In this document: positions 55,311-64,000 of the stretch, piece after piece | How the letters are laid out: each line of letters starts with the position of its first letter | Position numbering within the stretch: position 1 is the stretch's first letter | DNA from: an uncultured Actinomyces sp. | Lineage (GTDB): Bacteria > Actinomycetota > Actinomycetes > Actinomycetales > Actinomycetaceae | Length of the DNA: 64,000 nt | NCBI GenBank assembly: GCA_964344825.1 | Contig: CAYFOT010000004.1 | Coordinates: 7,588 to 71,587 of the forward strand | Direction of reading: 5' to 3' | The notes under the pieces: model-generated | The model's input: the letters and a program-made list of their open reading frames with translations, nothing else | Database searches by the model: none | Told to the model about the DNA's origin: nothing | Made by a program: the position numbers and the translations under genes

Positions 55311-55604
55311 GGCTTCACACTGTGGGGTTGGGGGAACGGGCGACTACTGGACTAAGCTGGGCGGGCACCTGTTCGCAGGTGACTTCGCGTGCCATTTCCT
55401 GCTGGCAGCATCGGAACAGTCCGAATGCAAAGCGGCAGGGGCGCGGGGGCGACGGTCCTGAGGGCGCTCCCGGTCATGACACCAGGGTTCGCAATCCTCA
55501 AGACCTTTCCGCGTCAGCGGAGGGGCACGGGGTTCGGACACAACCAAAATCCCGGGTCGCTAGTCGGCCCCCAAACTGCTGCGGCACGCAGCGAAAGGAC
55601 GAAC

Positions 55605-56525
55605 ATGGCTGTTGTAACCATGCGTCAACTGCTTGAAAGCGGTGTGCACTTCGGTCACCAGACCCGTCGTTGGAACCCCAAGATGGAGCCTTACATCCTC
55701 ACGGAGCGTAACGGCATCTACATCATTGACCTCCAGCAGACGTTGAAAGACATCGATTCTGCCTATGAGTTCGTGAAGGAAACTGTCACCCGCGGTGGCA
55801 CGGTCCTTTTCGTAGGCACGAAGAAGCAGGCACAGGAGGCTATTGCGGAGCAGGCCTTGCGCGTAGGTATGCCCTACGTGAACCACCGCTGGCTTGGCGG
55901 TATGCTCACGAACTTCCAGACGGTGTCCAAGCGTTTGGCGCGTCTGAAGGAACTGGAGCAGGTCGACTTTGATGACGTCGCTTCCTCCGGCTTCACCAAG
56001 AAGGAACTTCTCATGAAGCGTCGTGAGAAGGACAAGCTGCAGCGCACCCTGGGTGGCATCCGCGATATGGCCAAGGTTCCCTCGGCCGTATGGGTTGTTG
56101 ACACAGTCAAGGAGCACCTGGCGGTTGCTGAGGCACGCAAGCTCAACATCCCGGTCATCGCGATTCTGGACACCAACTCCGATCCGGAAGAGGTCGACTA
56201 CGGCATCGCAGGTAACGACGACGCCATCCGCGCGGTCGGTCTGCTTACCCGCGTGATCGCTGACGCAGTGGCCGATGGTCTCCTGGCGCGTTCGGCCCCC
56301 AAGAAGGATGAGGGCGATGTGGCAGCAGCCGCCGAACCACTGGCTGAGTGGGAGCGTGAGCTCCTGGAGCAGTCCGCAACGGCCGACGCTGTCGCTGCAG
56401 AAGCGGAAGTGGCTGGCGAAGCGGTTGCAGAAGCTGCCGCGAATGACTCTAAAGACGGCGACGTTGAGGTAGCGGTTGAGGCAGACGGCGCGGCGGTTGA
56501 GGCCACGGCCGTTGACCCCGCCTGA
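55605..56525 (+). CDS. rpsB: 30S ribosomal protein S2 with acidic/Ala-rich C-terminal extension
   Basis: [30 protein letters not shown] 55605 lies behind GAAAGGA, and the longer track ORF is rejected. Confidence 0.93.
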   Translation: MAVVTMRQLLESGVHFGHQTRRWNPKMEPYILTERNGIYIIDLQQTLKDIDSAYEFVKETVTRGGTVLFVGTKKQAQEAIAEQALRVGMPYVNHRWLGGMLTNFQTVSKRLARLKELEQVDFDDVASSGFTKKELLMKRREKDKLQRTLGGIRDMAKVPSAVWVVDTVKEHLAVAEARKLNIPVIAILDTNSDPEEVDYGIAGNDDAIRAVGLLTRVIADAVADGLLARSAPKKDEGDVAAAAEPLAEWERELLEQSATADAVAAEAEVAGEAVAEAAANDSKDGDVEVAVEADGAAVEATAVDPA

Positions 56526-56557
56526 TCATCGACGCAGACACAAGTAGAGGAATAGTA

Positions 56558-57391
56558 ATGGCGAATTACACGCTTGCCGACGTCAAGAAGCTCCGTGAGG
56601 AGACTGGCGCCGGAATGATGGACGTCAAGAACGCGTTGGTTGAGGCCGATGGCGACTACGACGAAGCTATGAAGATCATCCGCATGAAGGGTCTGAAGTC
56701 GCTTTCCAAGCGCGAAGGCCGTGAGGCATCTGCGGGTCTGATCGTTGCCGCTGTCTCTGAAGACGGCAAGGTTGGCGTGATGGTGGAGGTCAACTCTGAG
56801 ACCGACTTCGTTGCGAAGAATGAGAAGTTCATCGCGTTCGCGAATGTCATTTTGGACTCCGCCGTTGCGTCCAAGGCAGCGACCTTGGAAGAACTGATGG
56901 CGGCACCTTCAACTGAAGGAACCGTTCAGGACGTTGTGAACGCAATGGGCGCTCAGGTTGGCGAAAAGGTTCTGGTGAGCCGGATTGCACGCCTTGAGGA
57001 TGAGCACGTTGCGGTTTACCTGCATCAGACCAGTGCTGACCTGCCTGCGCAGATCGGCGTTTTGGTTGCCTCCAACGACAAGGGTGAGGCAGTTGGGCGT
57101 GACATTGCGATGCACATCGCTGTGTTCAAGCCCCGTTGGCTGGACAAGGACTCCGTGCCTGCTGACGTTGCAGATAAGGAGCGCGAGACCCTGACAGCGA
57201 TCACGCTGAACGAAGGCAAGCCCGCGAAGATCGTTGAGAAGATCGTTGAGGGCCGCATGGGTGCGTTCTACAAGGAGAACACGCTGCTTGCTCAGGACTT
57301 CGCTAAGGACCCGTCAGTGACGGTCGGCGCAGTTCTGGACAAGGAGGGTGCAACAATCTCTGAGTTCGTGCGCTTCCAGGTTGGCGCCTGA
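56558..57391 (+). CDS. tsf: Translation elongation factor Ts
   Basis: VKKLREETGAGMMDVKNALVEADGD (UBA-like N-terminus of EF-Ts). Confidence 0.93.
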   Translation: MANYTLADVKKLREETGAGMMDVKNALVEADGDYDEAMKIIRMKGLKSLSKREGREASAGLIVAAVSEDGKVGVMVEVNSETDFVAKNEKFIAFANVILDSAVASKAATLEELMAAPSTEGTVQDVVNAMGAQVGEKVLVSRIARLEDEHVAVYLHQTSADLPAQIGVLVASNDKGEAVGRDIAMHIAVFKPRWLDKDSVPADVADKERETLTAITLNEGKPAKIVEKIVEGRMGAFYKENTLLAQDFAKDPSVTVGAVLDKEGATISEFVRFQVGA

Positions 57392-57405
57392 GACTAACGT
57401 TTGAG

Positions 57406-57446
57406 AAGCCCCGATCATCCCTATCGTCGGATGCTCGGGGCTTTTC
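57406..57446 (+). terminator. Intrinsic terminator after tsf
   Basis: AAGCCCCGA (57406-57414) / TCGGGGCTT (57435-57443) followed by TTC. Confidence 0.7.
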
Positions 57447-57486
57447 ACATAAGCTTTGAGGAACTGATCAACAACAGGAGGTTTGC

Positions 57487-58215
57487 GTGGGACAGAAGCG
57501 GCGTAGGGTTCTACTGAAACTCTCAGGCGAAGTATTTGGTGGCGGAAAAATTGGCTTGGATCCCGAAGTTATCGCGGGTGTTGCCAAGCAGATTGCCGAA
57601 GCCGTGGCGCAGGGTGTGGAGGTGGGCGTCGTAGTTGGTGGCGGCAACTTCTACCGGGGCGCCGAACTGGCTGCTGCGGGTCTTGACCGCGCGCGGGCTG
57701 ACTATATGGGGATGCTCGGGACAGTGACAAACGCCCTCGCCCTGCAAGATTTCCTGGAAAAATCGGGTGCGTCCACACGCGTCCAAACCGCAATAACCAT
57801 GACTCAGGTTGCGGAACCATACACTCCGCTACGCGCAATGCGCCACATGGAGAAGGATCGCGTGGTTGTGTTTGGTGCGGGCTCGGGAATGCCGTTCTTC
57901 TCGACGGATACCGTCGCGGCACAGCGCGCTTTGGAAACCCACTGCGATGAGTTGCTGGTTGCGAAGAATGGTGTAGACGGCGTTTACACCGCGGACCCTA
58001 AGAAGGACCCATCTGCGAAACTATTGAATAGCGTGACGTATGAGGACGCGTTGCGTGATCAACTGAAGGTGGTTGACGCCGCTGCGTTCGCCCTGTGCCA
58101 AGAAAATGGCCTGAATATGCGCGTGTTCGGGATGAATGAGCCAGGTAATATCGCCAAGGCGCTAGTTGGTGAGAGAATCGGGACATTGGTGTCGCGCTCA
58201 AACGGTGAAGGTTAG
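57487..58215 (+). CDS. pyrH: UMP kinase
   Basis: [13 protein letters not shown]...[10 protein letters not shown]... Confidence 0.92.
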   Translation: MGQKRRRVLLKLSGEVFGGGKIGLDPEVIAGVAKQIAEAVAQGVEVGVVVGGGNFYRGAELAAAGLDRARADYMGMLGTVTNALALQDFLEKSGASTRVQTAITMTQVAEPYTPLRAMRHMEKDRVVVFGAGSGMPFFSTDTVAAQRALETHCDELLVAKNGVDGVYTADPKKDPSAKLLNSVTYEDALRDQLKVVDAAAFALCQENGLNMRVFGMNEPGNIAKALVGERIGTLVSRSNGEG

Positions 58216-58226
58216 GAATAAAGAAA

Positions 58227-58784
58227 ATGATTGATGAAATTCTCCTGGAAACAGAAGAGCGGATGGACAAGGCAGTATCCGCGACGCAGAGTGACTTCGG
58301 GAATATCCGCACCGGGCGCGCGAACCCGCAGATGTTCACCCAGATCCTGGTCGACTACTACGGTGCGCCGACGCCGCTGCAGCAGCTGGCAACCATCAAT
58401 ATTCCTGAGGCACGTACAGTCTTGATCTCCCCATTCGACCGCAACGCCGCGAATGAGATCATCCATGCGATCCGCGACTCCGACTTGGGAGTGAACCCGA
58501 ACGATGATGGAAAGATCATCCGCGTGGTCCTGCCCGCACTGACTGAGGAGCGTCGCAGGGAGTATGTAAAGCAGGCTCGGACCCGTGCAGAAGACGGCCG
58601 CATTGCGGTGCGCGCTGCAAGGCGTAAGGCCAAGGACCAGATCGACAAGCTGAAGAAGGATGGCGACGTTGGTGAGGATGAGGCTGAGCGTGCGGAAAAG
58701 GGCCTAGAAGTAACCACCAAGGAATACGTGGATCAGATTGACGCGGCGCTCTCCGCGAAGGAAGCAGAGCTGCTGACGGTCTAA
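58227..58784 (+). CDS. frr: Ribosome recycling factor
   Basis: 185 aa; RTGRANPQMF...VDYYGAPTPL...LTEERRREYVK. Confidence 0.93.
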   Translation: MIDEILLETEERMDKAVSATQSDFGNIRTGRANPQMFTQILVDYYGAPTPLQQLATINIPEARTVLISPFDRNAANEIIHAIRDSDLGVNPNDDGKIIRVVLPALTEERRREYVKQARTRAEDGRIAVRAARRKAKDQIDKLKKDGDVGEDEAERAEKGLEVTTKEYVDQIDAALSAKEAELLTV

Positions 58785-58825
58785 CAGCTGGTTGTCCACG
58801 ACTCTAAAGAAGGCGCAACATCACC

Positions 58826-59716
58826 ATGAGTGACAAAGCTCAGTCCCTTGTCGGGAAGGTTTTCCAACCGGGACCGACGGCCGACACGACGCCCCTGCCC
58901 TCCACAGGGCGGGCGGGACGCAACCTACCTGCAGCGATAGCATCCGGGGTGACGCTGCTGCTGGCGGTAGGGCTGGCACTGTTCTTTGCGCGCTCCGTGT
59001 TCGTTGTATTCGTTGCCATCTTGCTGCTGGTCGCGGTGTGGGAGGTCGCAGGCGCCCTCGCCCGACGCGGGGTGAGCGTCACGTTGGTACCTGTCTATGT
59101 GGGTGGTCTTGGCATCTACTTGGCTGGCGTGTTTGGGTCGCTGCCATGGGTGATGTTTGGCCTGTACATAACGTTCCTGTTTGCTGTTGCTTGGCGAATG
59201 TTCAGTGTCGACATGCCTGGGAGGCCCATCGCCGACATAATGGCAACAGCGTTCGTTATCGTTTACATCCCGTTCATGGCGTCCTTCGTGGGGCTCATGT
59301 CATGGCACGCACAGACACCCTGGCCGCTGGTTTTCTTCATCGTGGTTGTTGTAAGTAACGACCTGGGCGGATGGATGGCAGGCGTCCTGTTCGGTAAACA
59401 CCCGATGGCTCCGAAGCTTTCCCCAAAGAAATCATGGGAGGGTTTCGCCGGATCCATCCTGATGTGTGGTACCGCCGGTTGGATCGGCACCATCGTCATG
59501 GGGATCCCATGGTGGTGGGGCATCGTGCTTGGCCTGATTGGTGCGGCGTTGGGCACCTTGGGGGACCTCACTGAGTCCCTCATCAAGCGCGACGTGGGGC
59601 TGAAAGATATGTCCGCGATCGTGCCGGGCCACGGCGGGCTCATGGACCGCTTGGACTCCCTTCTCTTCACTGCTCCAGCGTTCTATCTGGTCTATTCTGT
59701 AGCGTTGGGGTGGTGA
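58826..59716 (+). CDS. cdsA: Phosphatidate cytidylyltransferase
   Basis: Multi-TM protein with the C-terminal signature SLIKRDVGLKDMSAIVPGHGGLMDRLDS. Confidence 0.88.
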   Translation: MSDKAQSLVGKVFQPGPTADTTPLPSTGRAGRNLPAAIASGVTLLLAVGLALFFARSVFVVFVAILLLVAVWEVAGALARRGVSVTLVPVYVGGLGIYLAGVFGSLPWVMFGLYITFLFAVAWRMFSVDMPGRPIADIMATAFVIVYIPFMASFVGLMSWHAQTPWPLVFFIVVVVSNDLGGWMAGVLFGKHPMAPKLSPKKSWEGFAGSILMCGTAGWIGTIVMGIPWWWGIVLGLIGAALGTLGDLTESLIKRDVGLKDMSAIVPGHGGLMDRLDSLLFTAPAFYLVYSVALGW

Positions 59717-59717
59717 G

Positions 59718-60965
59718 ATGAAACCGGAAACGAAAGTCGTGAGGGGCGAGGGCGGAGGCCGCCGTGAAGTGCGGCCCACAGACCAGGCTCCGGAAGGTGC
59801 GGCCTCACCGGACGCGCGTCCGGTACTTAGCTTCACCGCCAAAAGGAGGGGTAAGCCGCCAGCACACCTGGCTGACTTCCCGGCCGCGAAACGCAAGGAA
59901 TGGGTAGAGGGCCTAGGCACCAAGGGCTTTCGTGCCGATCAGGTTTCGCGTCATTATTTCGCGGGAAACCAGGCGGATGCGCAAGCCATGACGGACCTTC
60001 CGCCGGCGGTAAGGGACGTGGCAGAAGAGACGCTTCTTCCGCCACTGGTTCGTGAGGTGAGCCGCCAGGTCGCTGACGGCGGGGCAACCATCAAGAACCT
60101 GTGGGGCCTCTACGACGGTGTCACGGTTGAGAGCGTACTGATGCAGTACCCGCAGAGGGTGACCCTCTGTGTTTCCTCGCAGGCCGGCTGCGGTATGGCC
60201 TGTCCTTTCTGTGCGACAGGCCAGATGGGGTTGACACGTAACCTCTCAACCGCCGAAATAGTTGAGCAGATCCGGCTGGCCCGCAAACAGTGTGAGGACG
60301 GGGAGCTCCCAGACGGCCCCACTCACCTGTCGAACGTAGTTTTCATGGGTATGGGCGAACCGTTGGCGAACATCGCAGCACTCACCCAAACGTTGCACAG
60401 GTTAGTTGACCCGGCCCCGGAGGGGTTTGGGATGTCGGCGCGGAACATCACCGTGTCGACGGTGGGCCTTGTACCGGGAATAAACAAGCTGGCATCCCTA
60501 GGCATACCTGTCACGCTGGCCGTTTCATTGCACGCGCCCGACGATGACCTCCGCGATGAGCTGATCCCAATCAACTCCAGGTGGAAGGTGGGGGAGCTCC
60601 TTGACGCCGCGCGTGCGTACTTCGTGAAGACGGGTAGGCGCGTGTCCATTGAGTATGCGTTGATAAAGGACATGAACGACCAGCCTTGGCGGGCTGCCCT
60701 TCTTGCGGAGGAACTGAACAAGCGCGGGCACGGATGGGCACACGTAAACCCCATCCCGCTGAATCCCACGCCCGGGACTATTTGGACTGCGTCCACGAAA
60801 GCAGCTCAGGATGAGTTCGTGTCGGTGCTCCGCGCGAACGGCATTCGCACAACCATTCGTGATACCCGGGGCGCCGACATCGATGGTGCGTGCGGGCAGT
60901 TGGCAACGAACTGGGCCAAGAAGAAGAGTGAAGACAAATCTACCGTGAAGAATACGGAGGACTGA
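59718..60965 (+). CDS. rlmN: 23S rRNA/tRNA adenine-C2 methyltransferase RlmN (radical SAM)
   Basis: CVSSQAGCGMACPFCATG (CxxxCxxC) and a downstream GACGQL Cys. Confidence 0.9.
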   Translation: MKPETKVVRGEGGGRREVRPTDQAPEGAASPDARPVLSFTAKRRGKPPAHLADFPAAKRKEWVEGLGTKGFRADQVSRHYFAGNQADAQAMTDLPPAVRDVAEETLLPPLVREVSRQVADGGATIKNLWGLYDGVTVESVLMQYPQRVTLCVSSQAGCGMACPFCATGQMGLTRNLSTAEIVEQIRLARKQCEDGELPDGPTHLSNVVFMGMGEPLANIAALTQTLHRLVDPAPEGFGMSARNITVSTVGLVPGINKLASLGIPVTLAVSLHAPDDDLRDELIPINSRWKVGELLDAARAYFVKTGRRVSIEYALIKDMNDQPWRAALLAEELNKRGHGWAHVNPIPLNPTPGTIWTASTKAAQDEFVSVLRANGIRTTIRDTRGADIDGACGQLATNWAKKKSEDKSTVKNTED

Positions 60966-61519
60966 TGGCTGACTTGTTTACGACCGCTAAGGGTCTGTCA
61001 AAGGGATACGACCAGGAGCAGGTTGCTAAGTTCTTTGCGGAGGCTCGAAAGGCGTACGAACGTCAAGATACGTTGGGTTCTTTCTCAGGTGAGCAGATCC
61101 GCACGTCCGCATTTGACCTAGTGAGGGGCGGCTATGACGTTCCAGCGGTTGATGCGGCACTGAACCGTTTGGAAGCAGCGTTTATCCAGCGCGACCGCAG
61201 CGCGTTCGTCGCGGAAAACGGGGAAAGCGCATGGTTCGATAAGGTCGCTGATGAGGCCACAACGCTGTATCCTCGTCTGCTTCGACCGTCGGGTGAGCGT
61301 TTCCGACACCCGGAAGGGCGCCAGCAGGGCTACTCCGCCCAGGAAGTCGATGCATTACTGGACCACATGGCGGCCTTCTTTGATGACAAGAAGACACTGA
61401 CGGAAAGCCAGTTGCGTTCCGTTACGTTCCGCGCGGCACGTGGAGCAGCGGCCTACGATGAAGCGCAGGTGGATGCGTTTATTGGGAGGGCTATCCAAGT
61501 CCTCGTCTCCGTATCGTGA
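60965..61519 (+). CDS. DivIVA-domain repeat protein
   Basis: Four copies of the G-Y-D/S-x-x-x-V-D/A-x-F/L motif (GYDQEQVAKFF, GYDVPAVDAAL, GYSAQEVDALL, AYDEAQVDAFI), characteristic of short DivIVA N-terminal-domain repeats. Confidence 0.65.
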   Translation: MADLFTTAKGLSKGYDQEQVAKFFAEARKAYERQDTLGSFSGEQIRTSAFDLVRGGYDVPAVDAALNRLEAAFIQRDRSAFVAENGESAWFDKVADEATTLYPRLLRPSGERFRHPEGRQQGYSAQEVDALLDHMAAFFDDKKTLTESQLRSVTFRAARGAAAYDEAQVDAFIGRAIQVLVSVS

Positions 61520-62742
61520 GCCCCATCGACGTTTGCATTCTTGGATCCACCGGATCCATCGGCACCCAAGCCCTCAACGTCGTGCGGAGCCATGAGGGAC
61601 AGTTCAGGGTGTTGGGGCTTGCAGCTGGCGGTTCAAGCTTGGTGCTCTTGGCGCAGCAGGTCAGAGAGTTCGCCCCGCAGGTTGTCGCGGTTGCTGCACA
61701 GATCGACCTAGAAGGAACGGATGGCGATGAGGGGGCCCACGCCCTCGCCGACGCTATTCGTGAGGTCGGCGCAGAGGCATTGGTGGGGCCGGGCTCCACG
61801 GAGGAACTGGCCGGACGTTTCCCACAGGCCACTGTTCTGAACGGTGTCACCGGAGGAATCGGACTGGCTGCCACTTTGGAGGCTTTGCGCGCGGGAAGCC
61901 AACTGGCGCTTGCCAATAAGGAATCCCTGGTTGTGGGCGGCTCCTTGGTGAAGCAAGCGATGGTGCGTCCGGGCCAGATCATCCCGGTTGACTCAGAGCA
62001 CTCTGCTCTGGCGCAGGCGCTCCTCTCAGGGGTGCATGAGCGCGGCCTAGTTTCGCCGGTTGTGACGGGCAGGACGGAAGTTCATTCTCTCGTCCTCACC
62101 GCGTCTGGCGGTCCGTTCCGCGGAAAGAAGCGTTCAGAACTGCTTGACGTAACCGCAGAACAGGCCTTGGCTCACCCAACATGGGCGATGGGCCCTGTGG
62201 TTACCGTGAACTCTTCGACCCTCATGAATAAGGGTCTGGAGCTTATTGAGGCTGCCCTTCTATTCGATATCCCGCCCTCGCAGATCACGCCCGTGGTTCA
62301 CCCGCAGTCGCTTGTTCACTCGATGGTTACGTGGGAGGACGGATCTACACTTGCGCAGGCGTCGTACCCGAACATGGAAGTCCCCATCGCGTTGGGATTA
62401 AAGTGGCCTAGCCACCTGCCGAACGTGGGGATTCCCCTGGAGTGGTCGGAGCCGACGGCGTGGACGTTTGAGCCGGTCGACGACACGACGTTCCCAGCGC
62501 TTGGTCTTGCTAGGGCGGCGTTGGAGGTTTCGCAGACACACCCGGCGGTGCTCAACGCGGCCAATGAGGTTTGCGTGGACAGTTTCCTATCTGGCCGCGT
62601 CCCGTGGGTGCGGATCGTCGACACCGTCACGGACGTGCTTGAGGAGCATGACGGTTTGCAGAACCCCAGTTACGAGGACGTCTTGGAGGCGCAGGCTTGG
62701 GCTTCTGCTAGGGCTGCGGAAATCCTTGGGGAGGCATCCTGA
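61516..62742 (+). CDS. dxr: 1-deoxy-D-xylulose-5-phosphate reductoisomerase
   Basis: ILGSTGSIGTQAL, LANKESLV, DSEHSA and NKGLE motifs. Confidence 0.92.
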   Translation: MSPIDVCILGSTGSIGTQALNVVRSHEGQFRVLGLAAGGSSLVLLAQQVREFAPQVVAVAAQIDLEGTDGDEGAHALADAIREVGAEALVGPGSTEELAGRFPQATVLNGVTGGIGLAATLEALRAGSQLALANKESLVVGGSLVKQAMVRPGQIIPVDSEHSALAQALLSGVHERGLVSPVVTGRTEVHSLVLTASGGPFRGKKRSELLDVTAEQALAHPTWAMGPVVTVNSSTLMNKGLELIEAALLFDIPPSQITPVVHPQSLVHSMVTWEDGSTLAQASYPNMEVPIALGLKWPSHLPNVGIPLEWSEPTAWTFEPVDDTTFPALGLARAALEVSQTHPAVLNAANEVCVDSFLSGRVPWVRIVDTVTDVLEEHDGLQNPSYEDVLEAQAWASARAAEILGEAS

Positions 62743-64000
62743 TGCTCTTCGTCCTTGGCCTGCTCATCCTGATTGTCGGTCTGGTTGTCTCGGTTGCGTT
62801 GCATGAGGCCGGCCACATGCTGCCTGCGAAAAAGTTCGGCGCCCTGGTCCCCGAATACTGGATCGGCTTCGGGCCGACGCTATGGAAGACGAAAAAAGGC
62901 GACACGACGTACGGGGTGAAAGCGCTGCCCCTTGGTGGTTACGTACGCATTTTGGGCATGTTCCCAGCTAATGGCACAGGGAAGAAGACCAAGGCCAACG
63001 GGGAGCCGACGCTTGCTCAGCTGGCGCGCCAGGAATCTGAGGCGGAACTCAGGGCGGCGCGGGCTGACGGTGCCACAGGCAAGGCATTCTATGAGTTGAG
63101 CACCCCGAAGAAGCTGGCCGTCATGTTTGGCGGTCCGGTCATGAACCTGCTGCTGGCTATTCTTCTGATTGCCATCGTGGTGATGGGGATCGGGTGGAGT
63201 GCGCCCTCGACCTACATCGCGGAAGTCGCCACTGAAGACAATGGCGCCCCGGGACCAGCCGCATCTGCAGGAGTGGAGGCAGGGGACCAGATTGTCGCGT
63301 GGAACGGCACACCAGTTTCCACGTGGCAAGAGTTCACGGAACACGTCAAGGCGTCTAGGGGCGCGTCGGTACTGACCGTGAAACGTGGGTCCGAAACAAA
63401 GGATCTCGAAGTTACACCCGGCACCCGCGAAGACGGCAGCCCTTATGTTGGTGTCGTGTCGGACCTGCGACGGGAGAGGGGCTCCGCGGCAGATGTCGCG
63501 TCCTCCGTTTGGACGCAGGCCACTATGACGGGCAAAGCCATAGTGGGGCTTCCCGTGAGCCTGTACAACCTCACACGCTCATTCTTCACGGGGGAGGAGC
63601 GTGACCCGAACGGTGTCGTTTCCGTTGTTGGCGTGGCCCGGATGGCGGGGGAGATAACGTCCGCGCCGTCAGCGGGGGAAGCGGTGACCTCATCGGGGCT
63701 GCCGGCGGGGATGTCCGTCCTCGACAGAGTGGCCCTCATGCTCTCACTTCTTGGAGCGTTGAACATTGCACTTTTCGTGTTCAACCTGATCCCGCTGCCA
63801 CCGCTTGACGGGGGACATATTGCAGGAGCGCTGTGGGGTGGCGCGAAGAACGCTGCTGCCAAGACGCGCGGGATGCCGAAGCCCGCACCGGCGGATACGG
63901 CGCGGATGGTGCCGCTTTCTTACGGCGTGTTCGCGGTGCTAATGGTTATGACGGTAATCCTTGTTTTGGCCGACACCGTGAAGCCAATTACGTTCGCCTA
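62742..64000 (+). CDS. M50-family site-2 (RIP) zinc metalloprotease, 3' end outside window
   Basis: My translation from ATG 62742 gives MLFVLGLLILIVGLVVSVALHEAGHML (HExxH), a PDZ-like segment, and NLIPLPPLDGGH near the window end. The frame is open to position 64000. The ORF is absent from the track because it has no stop in the window. Confidence 0.85.
   Translation, partial: MLFVLGLLILIVGLVVSVALHEAGHMLPAKKFGALVPEYWIGFGPTLWKTKKGDTTYGVKALPLGGYVRILGMFPANGTGKKTKANGEPTLAQLARQESEAELRAARADGATGKAFYELSTPKKLAVMFGGPVMNLLLAILLIAIVVMGIGWSAPSTYIAEVATEDNGAPGPAASAGVEAGDQIVAWNGTPVSTWQEFTEHVKASRGASVLTVKRGSETKDLEVTPGTREDGSPYVGVVSDLRRERGSAADVASSVWTQATMTGKAIVGLPVSLYNLTRSFFTGEERDPNGVVSVVGVARMAGEITSAPSAGEAVTSSGLPAGMSVLDRVALMLSLLGALNIALFVFNLIPLPPLDGGHIAGALWGGAKNAAAKTRGMPKPAPADTARMVPLSYGVFAVLMVMTVILVLADTVKPITFA

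Noticed and set aside
55184-55420. c-di-AMP (ydaO-type) riboswitch in the 5' UTR of the M23 peptidase gene
   Set aside because: I could not recognise the conserved ydaO sequence blocks by eye on the minus strand. It is left as something to test with a covariance model rather than claimed.
55389-55604. Longer rpsB ORF (378 aa); likewise the long track ORFs for rpsP (44945) and lepB (48074)
   Set aside because: The conserved ribosomal-protein N-termini begin at internal start codons with good SD sequences. The extensions are high-GC open-frame artefacts or overlap the upstream gene.

Overview
High-GC (roughly 60%) actinobacterial chromosome segment, gene order typical of Actinomycetales/Actinomycetaceae. 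From about 25 kb onward it is conserved housekeeping sequence, almost all on the + strand: ileS (with T-box leader), folC, dhaKLM, ndk, smc, ftsY, ffh, rpsP-KH-rimM-trmD-rplS, lepB, rnhB, yraN-comM-dprA, xerC, rpsB-tsf-pyrH-frr-cdsA, rlmN, dxr and a site-2 protease. The first 25 kb is more mixed. It holds two decayed genes, a complete AmmeMemoRadiSam triad (B and A fused, plus the radical SAM enzyme) next to tRNA-Arg(TCT), ilvA, orn, ettA, a LuxR-type two-component pair with an unusual double-module kinase, tesB, malQ, pepN, an M13 peptidase, two orphan SSB-like genes and an FNT channel. I saw no transposase, phage gene, CRISPR array or recognisable defence island. Four sequence-level signals seem most worth follow-up. 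(1) The 9-11-mer GGGCGAGGGCG occurs at least 26 times, in both orientations and several reading frames, once as an inverted pair forming a hairpin between convergent genes. (2) A paired DnaA-box-like direct repeat (xxTCCACAG, 26-28 bp apart) lies upstream of both SSB-like genes, of yraN-comM-dprA and of an M23 peptidase. (3) A symmetric array of 19-bp-periodic repeats surrounds a very AT-rich core at 23.64-23.76 kb. (4) There are several domain fusions: Memo-AMMECR1, TrmD-GNAT and a kinase-pseudokinase. All functional readings of these signals are inference from reading the sequence and need computation or experiment.
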